From Octopus vulgaris (lineage: Eukaryota): 64,000 nt of DNA. A program made the position numbers and the translations under genes. Below the pieces are notes generated by a model. That model worked only from the letters and a program-made list of their open reading frames with translations, ran no database searches and was not told where the DNA came from. Shown here piece after piece: positions 1-63,032 of this stretch. The stretch spans positions 63,612,001 through 63,676,000 of the forward strand of contig OX597823.1 of assembly GCA_951406725.2 (NCBI GenBank). The letters are read 5' to 3'. Position 1 is the first letter of the stretch, and every line of letters starts with the position of its first letter.

Positions 1-452
1 GTAAGTTTTTATATATAATTATGACGCGAAACTCTATAACCCTTTGCTTGACCTTCCCTTCCTTCCTTGTCTTCCTCTTTGCCTGTCTCTCTTTTTCACC
101 CTTTCTGGTTTCCTTTCTCCTCTCTCTCTCTCTCTCTCTCTCACTCCTACTCATCTCTCTCACAGCCGGGCGACCACTTCCTTTCGCTTGTGGCCTCCTA
201 ACAGTGAACACGCTTTCTTCCTGCGCTCTTAAAAAATCTTTCCTCGTCTAGGCCAAAAAAGGCCCTCATTGTTTGTTTTCTTGTTTGTTTTTATCTCTTG
301 TACTGTATTTTTTTGTAATTGTATTTTTATTTTGTATTTTATTTTGTAATTTTATTTGTATCGTTTTTACGTCCTGTTTTTGTCACATTTTTTCCTTTCC
401 TTGTTTTTACCCCTCTGCAAAGGAATTTTATTTAATTCTTTCGCAGGAAGGG

Positions 453-528
453 CTAGTTCGACGAGTCGTGTTCTGTCCTCACCTTCGAAACACGCATGGA
501 GTCGTACTAGGGACAGCTGATGAAGGGG
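453..528 (+). ncRNA. Hammerhead ribozyme-like motif with rearranged strand order
   Basis: GUU site 470-472, GAAA 487-490, CUGAUGA 517-523. Stem I is 473-478/511-516, stem III is 467-471/490-494 plus 453-462/501-510, and stem II (483-486/525-528) is weak. Confidence 0.55.
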
Positions 529-748
529 AATTTTCCTTGTGTTGTTTGTCTTGTACTCTGTTTTTTCGTTGTTAAAAAAAGGTCCGTTTCCATGTTTGTT
601 TTTACGTTTTCGTTTCTCGTTGAGTTCTACGTCTATTTGTGGTGTCCTGTACTCACGTATATATATTTATATATGCATGCATATATACATGTAGATGTAG
701 GTACGTACATATATGTATGTATGGATGCATATATTTTATTTATTACAC

Positions 749-792
<44 letters not shown>

Positions 793-1062
793 TTTTATAA
801 GCTTGAACCTTATAGCGATCAACGCGCAATGACTAAGGACTAATAATGGGGCATATAAGCCTTCGACAGAAAAAAAATGTAGGTTTTCCGGCACGCATGG
901 GACTCGAACTCACATCCCTTTCTTTACGCGACTAATTCTGTTACCGATTACACAAGCACACTAACTTGGGTTTGCCTTTCTAATTTAAGAACTATATTAG
1001 TTCGTAGTAAACGAACTTTCATGTACTTTCATTGTAAATGGTTTTGTTAAGCAGTGTCGAGT

Positions 1063-1130
<68 letters not shown>

Positions 1131-1133
<3 letters not shown>

Positions 1134-1350
1134 AAGGGTGCTGAAATGTTCTTTGCTTTGGGTAAAAGAAAATACAGAATGGTCAGTTAATTATAATTTT
1201 ATTCAACATATTCCACTCTCAGATTCACACACTTATTGCAGTGGTCCTTCAGTTTTTCAAGCCCTGTAAAAGAACTCGGAAGATTGGGCTGCCAACCAGG
1301 TCTTTCGCGACACCCTTAAAGCCAGGAACTTTTCAGTGCCCCCCCCCCAT
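1131..1350. mobile_element. Mariner-type MITE
   Basis: Terminal inverted repeats gggtgctgaaatgttc / gaacttttcagtgccc, flanked by TA. Confidence 0.65.
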
Positions 1351-1397
1351 ATATGTGTATGTATCTATAGTTATATGTGTGTGTGTGTATGTGTGTG

Positions 1398-1639
1398 TAT
1401 TGGGTTGATGCTTAATTATCGCGTTTTTTTCCAACAAATTTTATTCAACAAAAACAATAACATGTTACAAAAACATCTGTAAATGATTATTCCGGAGCAT
1501 ATTCACCACCTACTTCAATTACGGCTTCCCATTTGCTTGGAAGACGGTCAGACCGTCATTTAAAGATGTTTTTGTTAAATATCGTTTGTTATTGTTTTTG
1601 TTGAAAAAAAAAAGCCGCAATAATTATGCACCAACCATA
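1398..1639. mobile_element. Mariner-type MITE
   Basis: Terminal inverted repeats tattgggttgatgcttaattatcgcg / cgcaataattatgcaccaaccata. Confidence 0.7.
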
Positions 1640-1905
1640 TGTGTATACACACACACATATATATATACATATATATATATATACATATATATATATACAT
1701 ATATATATATACATATATATATATACATATATATATATACATATATATATATACATATATATATACATATATACATATATATACATATATATATATACAT
1801 ATATACATATATACATATATATACATATATATATATACATATATACATATATATATATACATATATATATACATATATATATATACATATATATATACAT
1901 ATATA
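1637..1905. repeat. Interrupted (TA)n/(CATATA)n microsatellite, representative of dozens in the window
   Basis: Direct reading. Other long arrays at 4500-4935, 12034-12560 and 17769-18080. Confidence 0.98.
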
Positions 1906-2015
1906 ATAATAAATATTAGGAATAAATCCAAATTTACAGGGAAAAATCAGATTTAGGATTGAATCCAATTTTATAGTAAAATATTATATAACTTTAAAAT
2001 TGAATAGAAGATATG

Positions 2016-2069
2016 AAATCCACCTGATGAATGTCATTTGAAGACAGGAAACAATTGTAGTGGCGATTT
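2016..2069 (+). ncRNA. Minimal type I hammerhead-like motif
   Basis: ccac-CTGATGA-atgtc..gacag-GAAA-caattg-TA-gtgg. Stem III is palindromic and the first stem II pair is mismatched. Confidence 0.6.
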
Positions 2070-2318
2070 ATTTACTTTATATTCAAATTTTTTATGTATT
2101 GATTAAGTCTTTCCTTGTTTGATTTGCAAAATAGTGGTTTTGTCTCTAATTAATATTATATATACATATATATATATATATGTCTTAGGCCAACCGCATC
2201 AACAGTAACAAAATGAAAAACAAAACAAAACAAAAAAAGTAATACGAATAATAAAAACACAAATAAAAATGTTATTAATAAAGTGAGACATATGAAATGT
2301 CTTCCGTGTATTCTTTCT

Positions 2319-53483
<51,165 letters not shown>

Positions 53484-54538
53484 CTGGGGGAGAGAGAGAG
53501 ACAAGTAAATTATATTGTATGGTAGTAAATTATATTGTATTGTAAAGGCGGCGAGCTGGCAGAATCGTTAGCACGCCGGGCGAATTGCGTAGCCGTATTT
53601 CGTCTGCTGCTACGTTCTGGGTTCAAATTCCGCCGAGGTCGACTTTGCTTTTCATCCTTTCGGGGTCGATAAATTAAGTACCAGTTACACACTGGGGTCG
53701 ATATAATCGACTTAATCCGTTTGTCTGTCCTTGTTTGTCCCCTCTGTGTTTAGCCCCTTGTGGGTAGTAAAGAAATATATATTGTATGGTAGGTAGCAAT
53801 ATGTTATTAGTTTTGCATTTTAACATTCTATGTACGTATAATATCGGTTTCAAAATTTGGCACAAGGCCAGAAATTTTGAGGGGAGGGAGAAAGTAAATT
53901 ACGTCGACCCCAGCGTTCAAGTGGTACTTATTTTAACGACCCCGAAAGAATGAAACGCAAAGTCGACCTTGGCGGAATTTGAACTCAGAACGTCAAGACA
54001 GACTAAATGCTGCTGAACATTTTGCGCGGCATGCTAACAATTCTTATTTCTTTACTGCCCACAAGGGGCTAAACACAGAGAGGACAAACAAGGACAGACA
54101 AACGGATTGAGTCGATTATATCGACCCCAGTGCATAACTGGTACTTATTTAATCGACCCCGAAAGGATGAAAGGCAAAGTCGATCTCGGCAGAATTTGAA
54201 CTCAGAACGTAGCGGCAGACGAAATACCTATTTCTATTTCTTCACTACCCACAAGGGGCTAAACACAGAGAGAACAAACAAACGGATTAAGTCGATTATA
54301 TCGATCCCAGTGCGTAACTGGTACTTATTTAATCGACCCCGAAGGGATGAAAGGCAAAGTTGACCTCGGCCAAATTTGAACTTAGAACGTAGCGGCAGAC
54401 GAAATACCGCTAAACATTTCGCCCGGCATGCTAACAATTCTGCGAGCTCGTCGCATTAATGTACGTATAATATTGTTGTTTCCAAAGTGTCTTTTGTAAG
54501 CCAAGTGGTTTGATCTTAGACCATGTGTTGAGACTAAA

Positions 54539-55061
54539 ACGATTGCAGCTTGGAAGACACATGTTAGCTATTCAAAAACACACAGAGGCTATTAACCTCA
54601 CCTAAACACTTATTATTTTGGTATCAAAATGTTTTAGTGAAGTTAACAACCTCTGTGTGTTTTTGAATGACTTAGGTGTGTCTTCCAGGCTGCAATCGTG
54701 ATAATACTGCTGATTGTATTTCGTTTTTGGATTTGGTTTGCAAGATTCTTTATATGAGTTGGTGTGTTGAAGCACATTCTGTTGTGTCTGGGGAGAGTCA
54801 TTTTCTTTTTGTGCCTTATAATGTAACACACTCACTAGCAAAATTTCCACTTATTTTTTATTTTTATTTTCCTAAAAATTTTCGTTACATCTTGCAACCG
54901 AAAATTTTTAGGAAAATAAAAATAAGTGGAAATTTTGCCGGTGAGTGTGTTACATTACGAAACTTTTTAAGAAAATAAAAATAAAAAATAAGTGGAAATT
55001 TTACCGGTGAGTGTGTTACATTATAAGGCACAAAAAGAAAATGACTCTCCCCAGACACAAC
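54539..55061. repeat. Two adjacent fold-back repeats
   Basis: A diverged inverted repeat at 54539-54699, and a second at 54781-54883/54959-55061 with an extra partial arm at 54899-54958. Confidence 0.85.
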
Positions 55062-55507
55062 AAAACTGCTGATGGTCTTTTATATTTTTATTTCTTTCAG
55101 ACATTGGACTGCGGCCACGCTGGGGCATCACATAGAAGTGTTTAATCGAACAAATCAACCCAGTACTTATATTTTCTAAGTCTTCTACTTATTCTATCAG
55201 TTCTTTTTGCCTAACTGCTGAGTTACAGGAACGTAAACAATCCAACACTGGTTGTCGAGCGGTGTGTGCTTTGAGGGAACAAACATATACACACATATAT
55301 AAGTGTATGCACATACACACGCGACGGGCTTCCATGTAATTTCAACCTACCAGATTCACTCACAAGTTACTGTTCGTCCCGAAGCTATAGTAGAAGACGC
55401 TTACCCGAGGTGTCGCGTAGTGGGACTGAGCCAGCAACCACAGGGTAGCAAAGTGAGCTTCTTAACTACACAGCCTTACCTTCGCTTAATAAATAAATAA
55501 AGCAAAA

Positions 55508-56591
55508 ACCCACAAGGGGCTAAACACAGAGAGGACAAACAAGGACAAACAAACGGATTAAGTCGATTATATCGACCCCAGTGCGTAACTGGTACTTATT
55601 TAATCAACCCCGAAAGGATAAAAGGCAAAGTCGACCTCGGCGGAATTTGAACTCAGAACGTAGCGGCAGACGAAATACCTATTTCTTTACTACCCACAAG
55701 TGGCTAAACGTAGAGTGGACAAACAAGGACAGACAAAGGGATTAAGTCGATTATATCGACCTTAGTGCGTAACTGGTACTTATTTAATCGACCCCGAAAG
55801 GATGAAAGGCAAAGTCGACTTCGATGGAATTTGAAATCAGAATGTAACGGTAGACGAAATACCTATTTCTTTACTACCCACAAGGGGCTAAATACAGAGA
55901 GGACAAACAAGGACAAACAAACGGATTAAGTCGATTATATCGACCTTAGTGCGTAACTGGTACTTATTTAATCAACCCCGAAAGGATAAAAGGCAAAGTC
56001 GACTTCGATGGAATTTGAAATCAGAATGTAACGGTAGACGAAATACCTATTTCTTTACTACCCACAAGGGGCTAAACACAGAGAGGACAAACAAGGACAG
56101 ACAAACGGATTAAGTCGATTATATCGACCACAGTGCGTAACTGGTACTTATTTAATCAACCCCGAAAGGATAAAAGGCAAAGTCGAGATCGGCGGAATTT
56201 GAACTCAGAACGTAACGGCAGACGAAATACCATTTCTTTACTACACGTGGCTAAACGATACACGGCCAAATTAATATTTTGATTTCTTGGTCTTTTTAAT
56301 AGAAGATAAAGGAAATATTCAAATTTTCAGAATTGCAATACTTTCTTTCCCCACTACAGAGGACAAACAAGGACAACAACGGATTAAGTCGATTATATCG
56401 ACCTTAGTCGTAACTGGTACTTATTTAATCAACCCCGAAAGGATAAAAGGCAAAGTCGACTTCGATGGAATTTGAAATCAGAATGTAACGGTAGTCGAGA
56501 TCGGCGGAATTTGAACTCAGAACGTAACGGCAGACGAAATACCATTAAGTACTTCGCCCGGCGTGCTAACGATTCTACCAGCTCGCCGCCC
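55508..56591 (-). repeat. Tandem array of SINE family 1 bodies, period about 184-185 bp
   Basis: cccacaag.ggctaaa recurs at 55508, 55693, 55877 and 56061. One tRNA-like head at about 56530-56591. Confidence 0.92.
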
Positions 56592-58566
56592 TAAATTTAA
56601 TTTATATTTTTTTGAAAATTTCTTTGGATTTCTATGTTTTAAATATGCAAGATCACAACTCTGCAAAAATATTTCAAAATATTTTGCAGAATTGTAACTA
56701 TTTTCCTCTTCTCCCATCTTCCCTAGTGCTTTAAAATTTTTCTCATTTTTGACGTTTTTCGATATTTTTTATTGATGTATTTGAAACAATGGAAATTATT
56801 TACAATTCAGCCAAAAAATTCTTTTAAAATTTCAAAATAATTTTCTATATTCAAAATGAATAATTTACGCATATTTTAGTGAATCTATACAACATATCGA
56901 ACTGTTTGTTTCTCACTGTGACAAATTCCTGTTTCAAAGTGTGACCTCCGGAAAAGTAAGAAATTCATTAATTCAATGAACTGAGAGCTGAGTTGATTGA
57001 ACAACTGAATATTCATCATCAAAACCGACGAGGAGACATGCTGTCGCCTCTGTGCTTTTTCTGTCACTATTTCTACAACCTCAAAGGTGGCCATCTGGCA
57101 GAATCGTTAGCACGCCGGGCGAAATGCTTAGCGGTATTTCGTCTGCCGCTACGTTCTGAGTTCAAATTCCGCCGAGGTCGACTTTGCTTTTCATCCTTTC
57201 GAGGTCGATTAAATAAGTCCAGTTATGCACTGGGGTCGATATAATCGACTTAATCCGTTTGTCTGTCCTTGTTTGTTCCCCTGTATGTTTAGCCCCTTGT
57301 GGTCAATAAAGAAATAAGAATCGTTTGCAAAATGCTGAACAAAATGCTTAGTGGTATTTCGCCCATCCTTATGTTCTGAGTTCAAATTCTGCCGAGGTCA
57401 ACCTTGCCTTTTTTCTTTTCGGGTTCGATAAAATAAGTACCAGGCAAAGAACTGGGATTGATATAATCGACTAGTCCCCTCCCCAAAAATTTCAGGCCGT
57501 GTGCCTATAATAGAAAGAATTATCATTATAGCCTCTTTTCCTCGGTGCTATGGTATCGAAAATTGGTCGGCTCAGGGGCTATCGTAGTCTAATAGTATAG
57601 ACAACTATAACTCCGGGCCAACTAATGCATTGTGAGTGAATTTAGTAGACAAAAACTTAATGAAATCCCGTTGTATGTGTGTGTGTGTGTGTGCGTATAG
57701 TGTGTGTATATATATATATGTATGTAACGGGAAGCTTTATGAAAATAAACAAAAGACGAAGGCAGGTGGAAAACAAACGAACAATTGTATTAGTATGGCG
57801 CTCAGGAAATATAAATAAAACAAGTCTTTAACGTTTCGAGCCTACGCTCTTCAACAGAAAGATACACAGAGAGAGAAAAACACAGAAAGAAAAATGCGTG
57901 CAGTAGCTAACGAATCAACATGGCGATCTGATTTCGGCCAGAGGTCAAAGATCAAACATGAGACGCGAGAGCGAAATAAGGGGAGATAATAGGGTTGATA
58001 AAAGGGTTGAGGGACCAGCTAAAAGTGCGTGGGAGGGGTCTGGATGTGTGTATGTATAGGGTTGGTGTATGTATTAGTATGTATAAGGGTGTGTGTGTGT
58101 GTGTGTGTGTGTATGAGAGAGTATTAGTGCGTAAGATTGGTCTGGACGTGCGTATGTATGGGGTTGGTGTATGTATTAGTATGTATTAGTATGTATTAGT
58201 ACGTATTGGTATGTATAGGTGTGTGTGTGTGTGTGTGAGAGAGTATAAGTGCGTATGCGGGGTCTGGACGTGTGTATGTATAGGGTTGGTGTAAGTATTA
58301 GTATGTACTGGTATGTATTAGTACGTATTAGTATGTATTAGTTGGTGTGTGTATTAGTATGGCACATCATATGTGGATTTTTTTCCCACTGTCTTCCCTT
58401 CTCTGGATCTTTCCTTCTCCTATGTTTCCGACGAAGAGCTCCGCTCGAAACGTTAAACCCTCCTTCTTTCCTTCTTTCCTGAGCGTCCAATAATACTATA
58501 TCTGTTCTACGTCCTCGCGTTGTTGTGTTTTTTTGTGCTTTCTTGTTTGGATTAACTATATATATA

Positions 58567-58768
58567 TATATATACCAATTAAGGACTGAACACGAAAAGT
58601 GGACAGTCAACATGCTAGATATAGACGTCAAATCGTCATTCTCCACAAAAGATTATGTTCTCAGATCAAACTCAGAACATAATCTTTTGTGGAGAATGAC
58701 GATTTGACGTCTATATCTAGCATGTTGACTGTCCACTTTTCGTGTTCAGTCCTTAATTGGTATATATA
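58567..58768. repeat. Perfect hairpin, 95-bp arms, 12-nt loop
   Basis: 58567-58661 is the reverse complement of 58674-58768. Confidence 0.93.
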
Positions 58769-58847
58769 AATATTTTAATCTTCGGATTCTTTTTTAATAT
58801 GCTAGACCACTGGTCTTAATTGATAAATATCAATTTCTACCCTTAAT

Positions 58848-58903
<56 letters not shown>

Positions 58904-60047
58904 GGTTGTCAAGAAAGTTCTTGCAGTTTTTAACCTTTAAATTCAGATGCACATATCTCGGCTCAAACACATTTTGCCAACACATGCCAGTAGCGTAAAA
59001 ATCTTGCGTTCTGGTGGCGATGAAGTCGTTGAAGGCGTGTTTCCGTCTACCAAATCAACTCACAAGGCTTTGGTCGACCCGAGGCTATAGTAGAAGACAC
59101 TTGCCCAAGGTGCCACGCAGTGGGTCTGAACCTGGAACCGTGTGGTTGATAAGCAAGCTACTTACCACATAGCCACTCCTGCGTCAAAAATATTTTTGCT
59201 CTATTAAGCAGGGTTAAAAATCTTTATTGTCTAACAATACTTTATGACGTTTAATTTTAAATAGAAATAAATAAAACCGACAGAAAGACAACATGGAAAA
59301 GACAGGTCAATGCTACAGAGAAGAAGAGACACGAAGAACGGATAGTCATTGAAGAGGTCAGATAATGTTTTGCAAAAGAACCCTGACGAATAAACTTATA
59401 ATCTTTTCTACTATAGGCGCAAGGCCTGGATTTTTGTGAGGAGGGGAACAATCGATCACATCGACCTCAGTACTTCACTGGTACTTAATTTATCGACCCC
59501 GAAAGGATGAACGGCAAAGTCGACTTCGGCTGAATTTGAAATCATAACATGAAGACACGCGAAATATCGCTAAGTATTTTGCACGGCATGCTAACGATTC
59601 TACCAGCTCGATGCGTTAAGTAAACTTATAATAATAATAATAATAATAATAATAAAGCTAAAGTGAAGATCAAATAGATAGTGTGTGTGTGTGTGTGTTT
59701 ATTGGCCAAATGACCGTCCCCAAAATACAGATATAAATAAATGAATAAATTGGAGATTTTTGTTTCATCTTCAAATGTGGTACTACTTTTGTACGAGATA
59801 CTAAAGTTAAAATTCCTGGGGGGATATAGTAAAGGCTGGAAACAGATATTCAGGGTATACTCGCTAGTATAACAGATATACTCGCTAGACTTGTCAGACA
59901 TAACAGCCAAATATTCTTCAAATCATACTCTAAACAAGGAATGACATTATAAGAGAATGTAGCACGGCATGAGATTAGATTATTTTTAAACTGAAATGAT
60001 TTTGATCATAGGATTACGTGATGAGGATTCACCTGAGGCTAAACGCT

Positions 60048-60111
60048 ATTACTACTACTACTACTACTACTACTACTAATGCTGCTGTTGCTACTACTAC
60101 TACTACTAATG

Positions 60112-60150
<39 letters not shown>

Positions 60151-60189
60151 ATGCTACTACTACTACTACTACTACTACTAATGCTGCTG

Positions 60190-60231
<42 letters not shown>

Positions 60232-60298
60232 ATGCTACTACTACTACTACTACTACTACTAATGCTGCTGCTATTACTACTACTAATGCTGCTGCTAT

Positions 60299-60330
<32 letters not shown>

Positions 60331-60397
60331 ATGCGGCTGCTGCTTCTATTACTAATGCTGCTGCTTCTATTACTATTACTACTACTACTACTACTAC

Positions 60398-60455
<58 letters not shown>
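60048..60455. repeat. Compound (ACT)/(GCT)/(AAT) array
   Basis: Direct reading. Confidence 0.98.
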
Positions 60456-60457
<2 letters not shown>

Positions 60458-60673
60458 TTCTTATGCATGCTTGTGTGTGACAGGATTCAGTAAAGAAATC
60501 TAGACAGAATGGCAAGCGATAAAATTTCGGTATGTCAGCCATGAGCAACCGTTTCTCGGGAAACGGGCAGCATGACACAGTTCATCATCAGACTTGCCGC
60601 ACTATTTAAAATATATATAATATGATATATTTGCAGAGAGGTTGCAGTCATCTCGGCGAGCCAGGCAGGCTAC

Positions 60674-60719
60674 CCTGAACTGACGATGAGCAATACAGTC
60701 AGAAACATATGTCTTCAGG
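60674..60719 (+). ncRNA. Minimal type I hammerhead ribozyme
   Basis: cctgaa-CTGACGA-tga..tca-GAAA-catatg-TC-ttcagg: 6-bp stem I, palindromic stem III, GUC site at 60711-60713. Confidence 0.75.
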
Positions 60720-61419
60720 TGCCTTGTCCCGGCTTGCGGGGGTGATTGCCTCCCCTTTGCAAATATAAGGACACAGAAAATGTGTCAAAGCCGACAGGAG
60801 ACGTCGATGTTTCCTAGGGCTAAATGGCGGTGGTGTAATTCCCTTACGGGACTGTCACATTGAGTTGACAGTATACGACCACTATATCACTTCACCACCG
60901 CTTATGTCTCTCTGAGACATTTAGAAATTCGATATTTCTAATTCAAAGTAATTTTTCAAAAGTCACGCAAGCCGCAGTTTGCCCATGCCTGCGATTTATG
61001 GTTTTGGCCCAGAGCGTGAATAGATTCACTCTCTTTCAGTCATTTAAAGCCATTCTGGGAAGACAACTTCTCGTTCTTCTTCCTCCTTCTGTAAATAAAA
61101 GGGTGTTTGTATTTTTGCCGGAAAGACATCGGTAAATAACATTTAAAAAAATTGATCTATGAAGTCGATCGAGAGGAAGCAAGGAATAGAAAGAGGAGAA
61201 GAAAAAACAAAAAGTGATAGAGAGATAGAGAGGCAGAGAAAGAGCGGGGAGGAGTAAGAATGAAAGAAAGGGATGAGAGAGAGAGAGAGGGGGGAACAGA
61301 GCAACAGAGACCGTATGAATGAGAGAAGGAGAAAAGACAGTGAAAGGGACACAGAGAGAGGAAGTGTTGGGAAGAGAAATATTGGGAAGAAGGCAAGTAA
61401 GAGAGAGAGAGAGAGAGAG

Positions 61420-61493
<74 letters not shown>

Positions 61494-62029
61494 AGACAGA
61501 CAGAGAGGATGGACACAGAGAAAATGAGAGAAAAAGAAAGAGAAAGGGACAGATTTAATCTGATTCGTTATTTGATTTCCTTTCCTTGCGGCTGCGATTT
61601 AATATCCCATTAAGGGCAAGGGTGACATACGTTCTCTCACGCTCGACTTTGTGCTAACGGGTACAAGAAAATTCCACAAAAGATACAGTGGCTGCTTAAA
61701 TTCAATTGAAATCCCTCCTGTGTTTATACCGACATATCTGTGTGGTTAGAACGTCCGTGATATAACCAACTGACACGGGTTCAGTCCCATTGCATTTCAT
61801 CTTGTACAAATGTCTTGTAATATAGATTCGGATCAGTAGTCACCTTATCCAAAGTGTTGTGTATTAGGACTGAAATTTAGTAGCTGAAAACCGTCACTAT
61901 GGACTATTTTACCGACAAGGCAGCGCACATCAAGCTGAATAGTCAGAAATTAGCGTCCTGTCTACAGGAAATAGCTCAGTCCATCTAGCTGTCAATAAGT
62001 TACAAGTTCAATTACTATTGTAGTCAAAA

Positions 62030-62385
62030 AACAATAATGAATCCCAGAAGAAAACGAAGCTCTCCAGGTCGAGCTACTGCTTCTCCGCATTGAGCGGTCA
62101 CAGCTCCGGTACTACGGACATGGGATTAGAACATCGTAGAAAAGGATCGCAAGACAAATTCTTCAATCCGTGCCAACCAGCAGGAGACCTAGGGATAGAC
62201 AAAGAACGAGACGGTTGGATAATAATCCATAATCCCAGTTGTTCAGTTTGGAAATCTTCCCGGGGATTTTTTAATAACGGTTGCTTCTGATTGAACCCTA
62301 TGGAGCAAGAGACTGAGGATTCTACCTCTACGACCCCCATCCAGGAATAGTGGGCGGAGAAGATGGAAAATGGATGAATGGAAGA
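62030..62385 (+). mobile_element. RTE-like LINE 3' fragment
   Basis: LLRIERSQLRYYGHGIRT*KRIARQILQSVPTSRRPRDRQRTRRLD matches the LRW.GH..R..RPRGRPR.RW.D motif. Confidence 0.7.
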
Positions 62386-63032
62386 AAGCAAGAGCAAACT
62401 ACCATTGTAAAAGTACGAGGAAAACTTTCTAAGAACATGTTGCATCGGGCCATCCGAAAATAGATTCCATTTAATGGTTACAAAAAATTAACTTGAAATA
62501 TTTTTAGTCGTGCGGCCCACCTAAAGATGAGCCATGTTTCATGCGGCCCGCTTCTCATAAAACGTTGCCTATACCTGGTCTACTTCATTTACTTAACCAT
62601 TTAGCATTTACATGCCAGATCTGATTTAACATCTAACATGCTAGATCTAATCTCTCACACCTATCCTATAATGTCATTCTAAGAATAAACAATCACATCA
62701 TTGAAATCTCAAAGCTACAAGATAATGCATGCTTACTTCAAAACAACGTGAATAAATAAGCATTACATTTGACTGAGTAATATGAATGCTAAAGAGTTAA
62801 GCCGTTAGTAATACCGGGTGGAGTAAATGCTGTGTTCGTGGATAGATACTGATGAAATCCCATTACAAGAATTGAAGCAAACCTTTCTGATTCCACAATT
62901 TTCTGTTCACGAAATTAAACAGACAGGGTATTTATATATGCCTATATATACGTACAATGTTAGCTCGTAAAATATCTATACATAATAAACCTTGAAACAA
63001 ATACACTCAACACACAAGCAATTTATGATCAC

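Noticed and set aside
889-957. tRNA-like sequences on the minus strand (also near 2745-2810, 41965-42000 and SINE heads)
   Set aside because: A and B boxes are present but I could not build a full cloverleaf; treated as SINE heads or pseudo-tRNAs.
1575-1968. Many YI/IY, HT/CV, poly-N/L/C/T, poly-M/K/F ORFs here and at 4415-5029, 11944-12584, 25721-26914, 52677-53370 and 60018-60578
   Set aside because: These are translations of di- and trinucleotide microsatellites, open only because the repeats lack stop codons.
55508-56591. Regularly spaced repeats resembling a CRISPR array
   Set aside because: Whole units of about 185 bp are repeated with no unique spacers, they match the dispersed SINE, the context is eukaryotic and there are no cas genes.
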